From the NCBI GenBank assembly GCA_965208575.1, contig CBDBOV010000004.1:224001-288000 (forward strand): 64,000 nt of DNA. Direction: 5' to 3'. The position numbers and the translations under genes are program-made. This DNA is from Spirochaetia bacterium. Lineage in GTDB: Bacteria > Spirochaetota > Spirochaetia > SZUA-6 > Bin103. Position 1 is the first letter of the stretch. Every line of letters starts with the position of its first letter. The notes under the pieces are model-generated. The model ran no database searches. It worked only from the letters and a program-made list of their open reading frames with translations, and had not been told where the DNA came from. Shown here one piece after another: positions 20,703-29,899 of this stretch.

Positions 20703-21983
20703 GTGAACGTAGAACTGGTGGCGATCGGCTCCGAGCTGCTGCTCGGCCAGATCGTGGACAGCAACTCGGCGTGGATGGCGCAGCGGCTGGCCGAGGTGGG
20801 CGCCAACCTGTTTCGCAAGACCACCGTGGGCGACAACCTGGAGCGCATGGCAGACGTGCTCGGCGGCGCGATGGCGCGGGCCGACTGCGTGATCACCGGC
20901 GGCGGACTTGGCCCGACCGAGGACGATCTGACCCGCCAGGCGGTGGCCAGGGTGACCGGACGCCCGCTGCACCCCCACCCCGACGCCCTGCACGACCTCC
21001 AGGAGCGGTTCCGCTCGCGTGGATTCGTGCTCACGCCCAACAACGAGAAGCAGGCGCTGCTGCCGCGCGGTGCGATTCTGGTGCAAAACCCGAACGGCAC
21101 CGCTCCCGCGTTCGTCGTCGAGGACGACCGCTGCACCATCATCTGCCTGCCGGGCGTACCGTTCGAGATGAAGTGGCTGATGGAGCACGTCGTGGTGCCC
21201 TATCTCCGCCGGCGCTGGCGGCTCAAGCAGGTGATCCACCACCGGGTGCTCAAGGTGGGCGAGCTTGGCGAGAGCGCCGTGGATCACCGCATCGGCGCCA
21301 TCATGACCGCCTCGACCAATCCCAAGGTAGGGGTGCTGGCGCACCCGGGGCAGGTCGACGTGCGCATCAGCGCCCGCGCCGATTCGGAGGAGGCCGCCCG
21401 CCGCCTGATCGAGCCGACCGAAGCCGGGATCCGGGCAGCCCTGGGCGATCACGTCTTTGCGGTCGACGAGGAGACCCTGGAGAGCGTGGTCGCGGCCGCG
21501 CTCGCGCGGCGCGGCTGGCAAGTGGCTAGCTACGAGGATCGCACCGGCGGCACGGTCGCCGCGGCGCTCCGGGAGGCGGCCGGTGAGCGGTTCGTGGAGG
21601 GGCGCATCGTCACCGCCGACGCCGCCCGCGTGCGCCTGGCCGATGCCGCCGGCGAGGGAACGGATGGGTCGGGCGGGGCACTGGCGTCGGCCCTGGCCCG
21701 CGCCGTGTGCCGGCTCAGCGGCGCCGACGTGGCCCTCGCGGTGCACTCCACCGACGCTGCAGCGGCGGGCTCCGGTGGCGGCGCCGACGGGCAGATGGCG
21801 GGCGCCGCTACGGTCGCGGCGTCCGCCGAGCCGCAGAACCTCGGTCCCGGCAACACGTGGCTGGCGGTTGCCGGGGCGACCGGCGAGCACAGCCATCACC
21901 TGGGCATCGGCGTGCGAGGTCAGGTGGACCGGCGCCGGGCCGCCGTCGCTGCCTTGAGCCTGTTGCGCCGCTCACTGTTGTGA
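20703..21983 (+). CDS. cinA: CinA-family protein (MoCF/ADP-ribose pyrophosphatase domain + degenerate PncC domain)
   Basis: IGSELLLGQIVDSNS, VGDN, TGGGLGPTEDDLT, GTAP, LPGVPFEM. Confidence 0.85.
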   Translation: MNVELVAIGSELLLGQIVDSNSAWMAQRLAEVGANLFRKTTVGDNLERMADVLGGAMARADCVITGGGLGPTEDDLTRQAVARVTGRPLHPHPDALHDLQERFRSRGFVLTPNNEKQALLPRGAILVQNPNGTAPAFVVEDDRCTIICLPGVPFEMKWLMEHVVVPYLRRRWRLKQVIHHRVLKVGELGESAVDHRIGAIMTASTNPKVGVLAHPGQVDVRISARADSEEAARRLIEPTEAGIRAALGDHVFAVDEETLESVVAAALARRGWQVASYEDRTGGTVAAALREAAGERFVEGRIVTADAARVRLADAAGEGTDGSGGALASALARAVCRLSGADVALAVHSTDAAAAGSGGGADGQMAGAATVAASAEPQNLGPGNTWLAVAGATGEHSHHLGIGVRGQVDRRRAAVAALSLLRRSLL

Positions 21984-22015
21984 TCCGGTCGCGCCGCATC
22001 CGCACCGGCCACTGA

Positions 22016-23731
22016 GTGATCACCTCCCGCCGGTTGCCGATCGACCGCCGCTACCTGCACATCCCGGTGCGCTGCGACGCCCGCGCCGGGTTGATGCGCG
22101 TGCACGCCGGCGGCAGGCAGGTGCTCAAGTTCGCCGCCAAGGTCACCGCGGCGCATCCCGACTACGTGACCTTCGCCGACCTGGAACCGTTCCGCGGCCG
22201 GACCCTGGAAATCACCTTCGACAGCGGTCCGGAGCCGGGCGTCGCGCTGGACGGACTGGCACTCGCCGACGCGCTGCCGGATGCCGACGGCATCTACCGC
22301 GAACGCTACCGCCCGCAGTTCCACTTCTCGTCGCGGCGCGGCTTCATCAACGACCCCAACGGGCTGGTGTACTTCGCCGGCGAATACCACCTGTTCTACC
22401 AGCACCAGCCGTTCGGCACCGACATTGGCCACGACCTCAAGTTCTGGGGACACGCCGTGAGCCGCGACCTGGTGCACTGGGAAGAGCTGCCGCCGGCCCT
22501 GGCGCCCGACGAACACGGCGCCATGTACTCCGGGTCGGCGGTCGTGGATTGGCACAACACGAGCGGCCTGCAGAGCGGCGGCGATCCGCCGCTGGTGGCG
22601 CTGTACACCGCCGACGGCCGCTCAGCCGACGAGGAACGCCCGTTCACGCAGTGCCTGGCGTACAGCAACGACCGCGGGCGCACCTGGAGCAAGCACCCCG
22701 ACAATCCGGTTGTGCCGCACATTGCCGGCCTCAACCGCGACCCGCGCGTGTTCTGGCACCAGCCGCAGGGCTGCTGGGTGATGGTGCTGTACCTGGATGA
22801 CGACCGGTTCGCCCTGCTCACCTCGCCCAACCTGCGCGAGTGGAGCCGGCGTCACGAGGTGCGCCTCCCCACCCATAGCTGCCCCGACCTGTTTCAGCTC
22901 GCGGTGGACGGCGATCCGGATGATCTGCGCTGGGTGCTGTGGGCCGCGGACACCCAGTACCTCCTGGGCAGCTTCGACGGCGAACGGTTCGTCCCGGACG
23001 CGGCGGACGGCGGCGCGCGGGAGTTGCGCCAGCAGCCGCTGGGCACCGCGTACGCCGGCCAGACCTGGAGCGACCTTCCGGCGGACGACGGGCGCGTGTT
23101 GCAGATCGCCTGGCTGCGCACCACGACGCCGGGCATGCCGTTCACCCATTGCATGACGCTCCCCTGCGAACTGACCCTGCGCCGCACTGCGCGCGGCGTG
23201 CGGCTGTGCGCGGTGCCGGCGCGCGAACTGCAGGCGCTGCGCCGCGGCCATCGCCGCTGGCGGGGCCTGGTGCTGGATCCCGGCGCGGTGCCGCCGCCGG
23301 CACCTCCCTTCCTCGGCGTGCCGGTGCGGCATGGTGATTGGGGAGTCGTGCCGCTGGCGCGCATGCCGGACACCGCGGAGGTGGTGGTGGAACTGGAGCC
23401 CGGCGGCGCGGATGTCGTGGCGGTGGTGCTGCGCGGCATCTGGATCGTATATGATGCCGGTGCCCGCGCGCTGTCGTGTACGTTGGGGCGGCGCGGGTCG
23501 GGCAATCCGGCCGGGACCGCGATCGAGTTGAAGCGCGGACTGCTGCGACTTCACGTCTTGCTGGACCGTGCATCGATCGAGGTGTTCGGCGCCGACGGCG
23601 AGGTGGTGATCCCGCTCGGCGTCGTACCGGTGGATGACGCCAACGAACTGGCGGTGGCGGCACGCGGCGGGATAGCACGGCTGCGTTGCCTGGACCTGTG
23701 GCGCCTCGCGTCGATCTGGAACGAGGAGTGA
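22016..23731 (+). CDS. GH32 levanase/beta-fructosidase-like protein
   Basis: RPQFHF, FINDPNG, WGHAVSRDLVHW, SGSAV, RDP, DRASIEVF; the EC motif reads SC. Confidence 0.88.
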   Translation: MITSRRLPIDRRYLHIPVRCDARAGLMRVHAGGRQVLKFAAKVTAAHPDYVTFADLEPFRGRTLEITFDSGPEPGVALDGLALADALPDADGIYRERYRPQFHFSSRRGFINDPNGLVYFAGEYHLFYQHQPFGTDIGHDLKFWGHAVSRDLVHWEELPPALAPDEHGAMYSGSAVVDWHNTSGLQSGGDPPLVALYTADGRSADEERPFTQCLAYSNDRGRTWSKHPDNPVVPHIAGLNRDPRVFWHQPQGCWVMVLYLDDDRFALLTSPNLREWSRRHEVRLPTHSCPDLFQLAVDGDPDDLRWVLWAADTQYLLGSFDGERFVPDAADGGARELRQQPLGTAYAGQTWSDLPADDGRVLQIAWLRTTTPGMPFTHCMTLPCELTLRRTARGVRLCAVPARELQALRRGHRRWRGLVLDPGAVPPPAPPFLGVPVRHGDWGVVPLARMPDTAEVVVELEPGGADVVAVVLRGIWIVYDAGARALSCTLGRRGSGNPAGTAIELKRGLLRLHVLLDRASIEVFGADGEVVIPLGVVPVDDANELAVAARGGIARLRCLDLWRLASIWNEE

Positions 23732-23739
23732 CAAAAGAA

Positions 23740-24522
23740 GTGGAAGATGCTGTTCAGGAATTGAAGGCCGGAGCGCAACTCTACACCGTGCGCGATTACA
23801 CGCAGACGGCGAGCGGCGCGGCGGAGTCGTTGCGCAAGGTGGCCGAGATCGGTTACCGCGCCGTACAGGTATCCGCCTTCGGTCCGATTGCGCCGCCGGA
23901 GGTGGCGCGGATGGCAAGCGACAACGGCCTCGAGATCGTCGCCACCCACTTCGCCTGGGACGAGTTCCGCGACAACACCGAACACATGGTGGAAGTGCAC
24001 CAGGCGTGGGGCTGCCCGCACGCCGCGATCGGCGGCCTGCCCGCGGAGTACTTCCAGGCCGGCGGCGCGGCGCGCTTTGCCGGCGAGCTGGCCCCCGTCG
24101 CGGAGCGGCTGGCGGCGGCCGGGATCGACTTCTCCTACCACAACCACAGCCACGAGCTGGTCCGCTACGGCGCCACCACCTGGCTGCACCAAGTGTACGA
24201 CGCGGCGCCTCCCGAGCACCTCAAGGCGGAACTGGACGTGTACTGGCTGGCCGCCGGCGGTGCCGACCCGGCGCAGTGGATCGGCGACCTCGGAGCTCGG
24301 CAGCCGGTCATCCACTTCAAGGACATGGTGGTCCTGCCGGATCGCACGCAGCGCTTCGCCCCGGTCGGCGCCGGTAACCTGAACTGGCCGCGCATCGTGG
24401 CGGCGTGCCGCGGCGCGGGCGTGGAATGGGCGCTGGTCGAGCAGGACCAGACCTACGGTGCCGACCCGTTCGCGGAACTGGCGGCGAGCCTGCGCTTTCT
24501 GCACGGCATGGGAATCGGTTAG
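23740..24522 (+). CDS. Sugar phosphate isomerase/epimerase (AP-endonuclease-2 TIM barrel)
   Basis: QLYTVR, YHNH.HE, ELDVYW, HFKD, VEQD. Confidence 0.88.
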   Translation: MEDAVQELKAGAQLYTVRDYTQTASGAAESLRKVAEIGYRAVQVSAFGPIAPPEVARMASDNGLEIVATHFAWDEFRDNTEHMVEVHQAWGCPHAAIGGLPAEYFQAGGAARFAGELAPVAERLAAAGIDFSYHNHSHELVRYGATTWLHQVYDAAPPEHLKAELDVYWLAAGGADPAQWIGDLGARQPVIHFKDMVVLPDRTQRFAPVGAGNLNWPRIVAACRGAGVEWALVEQDQTYGADPFAELAASLRFLHGMGIG

Positions 24523-24530
24523 CCCGGGCG

Positions 24531-25193
24531 ATGACGGCGGCAGTGGACCACCTGGTGTACGGGGTGCCGGAGCTGGCAGCGGGGATTGCACGAATCGCCG
24601 AGCTGCTTGGCGTTACCCCCGCTCCCGGCGGCAGCCATGAAGGGCGTGGTAGCCACAACGCGCTCCTTTCGCTCGGCGACGACGCGTACCTCGAAATCAT
24701 CGCGCCCGACCCGGCGCAGCCGCGGCCGCGGCGCCCGCGGCCGTTCGGCCTCGACTCGCTCGCCACGCCCCGCCTGGTGACCTTCGCGGTGCATGCCGAT
24801 CGCACCGGCGCGGCAGAGCCGGCGGCGGCGGAGGATCGGCTGGAACGCTGGCGTGCGCACGCCGCGGCACACGGCTACGACGCGGGCCCGGTGGCAGCCG
24901 GAAGCCGCCGCCGGGGCGACGGCTCGTTGTTGTACTGGCACCTGTGCCAGCACCAGGAACTGCCGTTCGACGGCGCGGTGCCGTTCCTGATCGATTGGGG
25001 CGCGGCCGACTCTCCCGCGGCATCCGCCCCGGCGGGCTGCCGGTTGCTGGACCTCGAGGTGCAGTCTCCCGAACCGGGAGCCGTCGGTCCCGCGCTACGC
25101 GCGCTCGGTGTACCGGTGGCGGTGCGGGCCGCGGATCGCCCCGGGCTGCGCGCCACGGTGGCCACCCCGCGCGGCTCGGTCCAGTTGACCTGA
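24531..25193 (+). CDS. VOC / glyoxalase-like (Glyoxalase_3) protein
   Basis: VDHLV, GG.H...G.HNALL, YLEIIA, PFLIDW, TPRG. Confidence 0.88.
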   Translation: MTAAVDHLVYGVPELAAGIARIAELLGVTPAPGGSHEGRGSHNALLSLGDDAYLEIIAPDPAQPRPRRPRPFGLDSLATPRLVTFAVHADRTGAAEPAAAEDRLERWRAHAAAHGYDAGPVAAGSRRRGDGSLLYWHLCQHQELPFDGAVPFLIDWGAADSPAASAPAGCRLLDLEVQSPEPGAVGPALRALGVPVAVRAADRPGLRATVATPRGSVQLT

Positions 25194-25200
25194 TCCCGCG

Positions 25201-26241
25201 CTACTCGGCGCACTTCGTGTCGAAGGTAGCCGATCCGTCGACCGTGAGATACAACAGATCGGTCAGTTCGCACGACCGGCCCCCAACGGACACACTCAAG
25301 CCCAATACCTTGACCTCGCCAGATGTGGGATCCGGGTAGGCTCGCACATCGCCCCTCCCGGCGATGCGCACCCGTAGCGAAGCGCGCTTGATCATCGGTT
25401 CGTTCTCGTGGACACGGCTGCCACAATTACGTCGTGCGCTCCAAGGAGCCAGATCCCGGTAGGTCCGGAAGGCAGGATGCGCCCGGTCGCAACGATAAGT
25501 AGACCGCCCGTCCGGCAACCTGGAGAACCTGACCCACGGCGGATCGGACACCTGCCGGCCCTCGGTGCATTTCAGCAGGGGCACAGGATCCCTCGTGCGC
25601 ACCGTGAAGACAGGCGACCATGCGCCGACATTCGTACCGTCGCCCCTCGCGCGAACCCGTACCGTGTACTCGGTACCTGCTTTCAGCCCCGTAATGGTGT
25701 AGTGCGTGACCTTCGAACTCTGCATGATCGTCGCATCCGGGAACGGGTCGCCTGCGCGAGTCCAGGCCAGTTCGTACGTTTTGACGGGCCAGGTCGAGCT
25801 GGTCGCCTTAGGCCACCTCACCGTTATTCGGTTCTGTTGTTGCGGCTCGCGGCCCAGTCTGTACCCCAGCCGAAGCACCAGAGGTGGAGTGTGGCCCGCC
25901 GGCGGGGGCGTAGAGGCTGAAGATGGGGCGGGAGGGCGCTTGTACGGATCGTCGTAGAACAAGACCTTGCAGTATCGTCCCGGGACCCTCGGACTGCCCG
26001 GCGTGCCGGAAGGCACGCCGGTGGAGGGTGGCGGCGTCTCGGGCTCGGGCGGCGTCTCGGGCTCAGGCGGCGTCTCCGGCTCGGGCGGCGTTGGAACTGG
26101 CTCCGGTAGCGGCGCTTCGGCGGTGGAGGTCGTGGCCCCTCCCCTTCCGGAAGTGGCCAAACTGCAGCCCGTCATCGACAGAGACAGGACCACTGCCACG
26201 GTCAGCGCCATGGCACGTTGCCCGCTGAGTGTGCCGTTCAT
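25201..26241 (-). CDS. Fibronectin type III domain lipoprotein, copy A
   Basis: Lipobox LSMTGC, PEPETP repeats, FN3 (ITVRW..YEL.W..YTITGLKAGTEYTVRVRA...WS), Cys-containing C-terminal domain. Confidence 0.8.
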   Translation of the reverse strand: MNGTLSGQRAMALTVAVVLSLSMTGCSLATSGRGGATTSTAEAPLPEPVPTPPEPETPPEPETPPEPETPPPSTGVPSGTPGSPRVPGRYCKVLFYDDPYKRPPAPSSASTPPPAGHTPPLVLRLGYRLGREPQQQNRITVRWPKATSSTWPVKTYELAWTRAGDPFPDATIMQSSKVTHYTITGLKAGTEYTVRVRARGDGTNVGAWSPVFTVRTRDPVPLLKCTEGRQVSDPPWVRFSRLPDGRSTYRCDRAHPAFRTYRDLAPWSARRNCGSRVHENEPMIKRASLRVRIAGRGDVRAYPDPTSGEVKVLGLSVSVGGRSCELTDLLYLTVDGSATFDTKCAE

Positions 26242-26349
26242 GGGGAGGAGTATATACTGACACGGAGTAGAATATCATGATGCTACGCATGTGGTAGAAT
26301 CTGATTCTCTGATTTGATTCCATTGTTTGACCAACACCCGAAACACCTC

Positions 26350-26545
26350 GACGTCGAGCACCTCCTGTACGAGGTGCCGGAACTGTCGGCGGGGGTTGCA
26401 CAAATCGCCGAGTTGTGAGGCGCTACCCCCGCTCCCGGCGGGGGCCATGAAGGGCGTGGTAGCCACGGTGCGGGCTGCGGATCCGGCACGGGCTGCGCGC
26501 CACGGTGGCCACACCGCGCGGCACGGTCCAGTTGACCTGGTCCGG
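26350..26545 (+). pseudogene. Internally deleted duplicate of the VOC gene
   Basis: DNA matches the 5' end (~24540-24657) and 3' end (~25121-25193) of the VOC gene, joined directly; contains a premature TGA. Confidence 0.85.
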
Positions 26546-26547
26546 CG

Positions 26548-27693
26548 CTACTCGGAACACGTCGTATCGAAGGTAGCCGTTCCGTCGATCATGAGATACA
26601 GCAGATCGGTCAGTTCGCACGACTGGCCCCCAACGGACACACTCGAGCCGAATACCGGAAGCCGGCCAGATGCGGAATCCGGGTAGACGCGCACGTCGCC
26701 CCTCCCGGCGATGCGCACCCGCAGAGAAACGCGCCGGATCCTCGGTTCCCGCCACCGGGTGCTCACGCTGGCACAAGTCCTTGATGCGTTCCAAGGAGCC
26801 AAGTCCTCGAAGGTCTTGTAGGCAGGATGCGTCTTGTCGCACACCGCGTGCTCGTTACCGTCTGGCCCAGTGGCGATCGTGAACCACGGACTCTTGTGCA
26901 CAAACTGGCCCTCGGTGCAGTCCAGCAGGGGCTCAGGATCCATCGTGCGCACCGTGAAGACCGGCGACCATGCGCTGACTCTCACACCCGCTTCATAGTC
27001 GGCGCCTTCATACCTTGGGCGAACCCGGACCTGGTACTCCGTACCTGCCGTCAGCCCCCAAATGGTGTAGTTCGTTGTGATGAATCGCTTCTGCCCCACC
27101 TGGTACACCCGCATGCTCGTCGCCGGCGGGAACGGGTCGCCGGCGCGGGTCCAGGCCAGTTCGTACGTTGCGACGGGCCAGGGCGCGCTGGTCGCGCTCG
27201 GCCACGTCACCGTCATGGCGTTCCGTTTTTGCGGCATGCCGTCGTTAGTATGCCCCAGCCGAATCACCAGAGGTGGAGAGTAGTCCGCCGGTGGAGGCGT
27301 AGAGGCTGAATTTGGGGGAGGAGGGCGCCTGTGTGGATCGTCGTAGAACAACCTACTGCAGTATCGTGCCGGGACGCTCGGGCTGGCCGGCGTGCCGGAA
27401 GGTCCGCCGGTGGAGGGTGGCGGCGTTTGCGGCGCGCCGGCGGGAGGGCTGTCGCCGTCCGTCGGCTGGCTCGGGTCCGGCGTCTCTTCCTCGGGCGGCG
27501 TCTCGGGCTCGGGCTCGGGCGGCGTTTCTGTCTCGGGCGGCGTTGGCACCGGCTCCGGGAGCGGCGCTTCGGCGGCGGAGGTCGGGGCCCCTCCCCTCCC
27601 TGCGGTGGCCGCACTGCAGCCCGCCATCGACAGAGACAGGACCATTGCCACGGTCAGCGCCATGGCAAGTTGCCTGATGAGTGTGACGTTCAC
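26548..27693 (-). CDS. Fibronectin type III domain lipoprotein, copy B (paralog of copy A)
   Basis: Lipobox LSMAGC, Pro/Glu/Thr linker, FN3 (YELAWTRAGDPFP..YTIWGLTAGTEYQVRVR), conserved SVSVGG.SCELTDLLYL..DG.ATFDT.C.E. Confidence 0.8.
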   Translation of the reverse strand: MNVTLIRQLAMALTVAMVLSLSMAGCSAATAGRGGAPTSAAEAPLPEPVPTPPETETPPEPEPETPPEEETPDPSQPTDGDSPPAGAPQTPPPSTGGPSGTPASPSVPARYCSRLFYDDPHRRPPPPNSASTPPPADYSPPLVIRLGHTNDGMPQKRNAMTVTWPSATSAPWPVATYELAWTRAGDPFPPATSMRVYQVGQKRFITTNYTIWGLTAGTEYQVRVRPRYEGADYEAGVRVSAWSPVFTVRTMDPEPLLDCTEGQFVHKSPWFTIATGPDGNEHAVCDKTHPAYKTFEDLAPWNASRTCASVSTRWREPRIRRVSLRVRIAGRGDVRVYPDSASGRLPVFGSSVSVGGQSCELTDLLYLMIDGTATFDTTCSE

Positions 27694-27938
27694 AGGGAGG
27701 AGTTTATACTGTCACGGAGCAAAACATCATGATACTACGCACTTGGTAGTATTCACTCCCCTGATGTGATGCAATGTTGACCGACGACCCAAACTCCACG
27801 ACATCGTGGAGGTGCGAGCCATGGTGGCCACGGCGCGCGGGGCGGCCGAGTGTGCCTGATCCGCCACGCTCGTGGCGTGCGCCGCGCTGGCGATCCGGCA
27901 GCGCGCGGTTGCGTTGAGCTGTGCTGGCGCCCCGAACC

Positions 27939-29078
27939 CTACAACGGCGCGGATCCGGGCGCGAGGTGGGCGTTGACCACGGTCTCGTCGAGCTCGACAC
28001 CGAGACCGGGTCCGCGCGGCACGACGAAGCGTCCGCTGTCGACCAGCGGTTCGGGGCTGCGCACCAGGTCCCAGCGCCACGCGACTTGGTCGGAGTGATA
28101 CGGCAGCTCCATGCTGTTCAAGTTGCGCACCGCCGCGCATACGTGCGCGCTGGCAACGAGGCCCAGGGGCGAGGTGATGTTGTGAGCCGCGAACGGCAGG
28201 TAGTAGAGGTCCGCGAGATCGGCGATCCTCTTGGCTTCCGACATGCCTCCGGTGGCGGCGACATCCACGTGCAGCAGGTCGCACGCCTGTTGTTCGATCA
28301 GGTCGCGAAATCCGTCGCACCGGTAGCGCCACTCTCCGGTGCACACCGGAATCGGGGTGCTGCGCGTGACTTTCGCCAGAGCGGCGACGTTTTCCGGGGG
28401 CACCGGGTCTTCGAGGAACATGAGCCGAAACGGGGCCAGCCGTTCGGCCAGCAGCAGCACGTCGCGCACCTGGTACATGCCGTGACAATCGATCGCCAGG
28501 TCGACACCGTCCCCGGCCCCCTCGCGCGCCGCCGCCACCAGCGCCGTCATGCGCTCCAGTTCCGCCAGGCTCAGTCCGCGCGCCAGCAGGTCGTGGCTCA
28601 ATTCGTCGGCCGAGTGGTCTATGTCGAACTTGAGGGCATCGAAACCTTCGGCGGCGGCCTCGCGGGCGCGCGCCGCCCAGCTCGCCGGCGTGTTTTCCAT
28701 GGCGATGCCGCGGCCCACGTCCGCATAGAGGCGAATTCGGTCGCGGTACGCACCGCCGAGCAGTCGACAAGCCGGCACGCCGAGCGCCTTGCCGGCAAGA
28801 TCCCACAGCGCGGTTTCCACTCCGCCGATCGCTCCTACCAGCATGCCGCCGGCCGAATCTCCGGTGCTCGACGCCAGCATCCGCCGATGCAGCGGCTCCA
28901 CGTTGCGCGCGTCCGCGCCGATCAACATGGGCGCCAGGCGGCGCTCGATCAGGTCGCTGATGCCCGCTCCCGGGTGCGCTTCTCCGGTCCCGGTAATGCC
29001 GGAGTCGGTCTCCAGCCGCACGTAGTTCCAAATCTTGGAACCTGCTACCGAAACCGTCTTCAGTGACGTAATGGTCAT
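27939..29078 (-). CDS. Mandelate racemase / enolase superfamily acid-sugar dehydratase
   Basis: ALWDLAGKALGVP, LLGG, KFD, DCH, FLEDP, TGE, HN. Confidence 0.9.
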   Translation of the reverse strand: MTITSLKTVSVAGSKIWNYVRLETDSGITGTGEAHPGAGISDLIERRLAPMLIGADARNVEPLHRRMLASSTGDSAGGMLVGAIGGVETALWDLAGKALGVPACRLLGGAYRDRIRLYADVGRGIAMENTPASWAARAREAAAEGFDALKFDIDHSADELSHDLLARGLSLAELERMTALVAAAREGAGDGVDLAIDCHGMYQVRDVLLLAERLAPFRLMFLEDPVPPENVAALAKVTRSTPIPVCTGEWRYRCDGFRDLIEQQACDLLHVDVAATGGMSEAKRIADLADLYYLPFAAHNITSPLGLVASAHVCAAVRNLNSMELPYHSDQVAWRWDLVRSPEPLVDSGRFVVPRGPGLGVELDETVVNAHLAPGSAPL

Positions 29079-29336
29079 GATCGATTTATATCCGAGAGCG
29101 CCTAGTGGCGCAATGTTGGACGATGTTTTTTCCGCTAGCGGGGTCTTGACGTACTCGTGAGATGACGATAATGGTACGGAAATCTCGCATTCTCGGCAGC
29201 ATCGTCGGCTGACGGGGTTGGCCGACGCCGCACTTGACCCGAGGGAATGCGTGCTACATTATTTGGTTACCGGTGGCTACGGCGCGGTGCAATATGAGCG
29301 CCCGCACGAGCAACCTGAACCTGACAGGAGGATGTC

Positions 29337-29594
29337 ATGCCAAGATTCTCGATTCTTCGGACGAAGGAAGTCAAGGAGAAAGGCGTTTCGAAAAAGCTGG
29401 TCGAAAAGTACGAGAAGTATGTCCAGCGCGTTGTCAACGAGGGACCCGGACAGTTGACGTTCGCAGAGTCCGAGGACATGTCCCAGGCCAGAGAAGCCCT
29501 CAAGGCCGCAGCGGAAAACCTGGGGGTAGATCTGATTGCCCGTCGTCCGCGCGGCGACAAAGACCGCCTGGTGCTGCGCCTGCGAAACGGCTGA
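29337..29594 (+). CDS. Small charged hypothetical protein (85 aa)
   Basis: Strong RBS AGGAGG, protein-like K/E-rich composition. Confidence 0.75.
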   Translation: MPRFSILRTKEVKEKGVSKKLVEKYEKYVQRVVNEGPGQLTFAESEDMSQAREALKAAAENLGVDLIARRPRGDKDRLVLRLRNG

Positions 29595-29899
29595 TTTTTC
29601 ATTACAGCCGCCCCTGAGGCGGTGCGAGCAACCGCGGCCGACCAGATAAGAATGCCGGGCACCCGGTGTCCGCCGGGCGCCGGCCGCGGTCGTTCGCCAC
29701 CCCGACCCGCTCCACGTGCGGCCGCCTGCCGCCCCGGTGCGGTCCCAGCTCCCCGGTGGCATTTCACCGCTTATGGGAAGATTGGTTGCCGCAGTCACGA
29801 CTCGATGCGTAAGCTGGTCCCGCGTATACACCGTTGCAGCGCCCTCAGTGGGGCGTGAACAACGATGACGGCTCCACCGCACACGCCGGGAGGTGTCTT

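Noticed and set aside
25458-25482. AGGTCCGGAAGG resembling the SRP RNA loop
   Set aside because: Lies inside the FN3 CDS and lacks the following AAGCAGC and the long SRP helix
25201-27693. FN3 paralogs as a diversity-generating retroelement TR/VR pair
   Set aside because: No reverse transcriptase in the window; differences include indels and do not look adenine-specific; both copies are full genes
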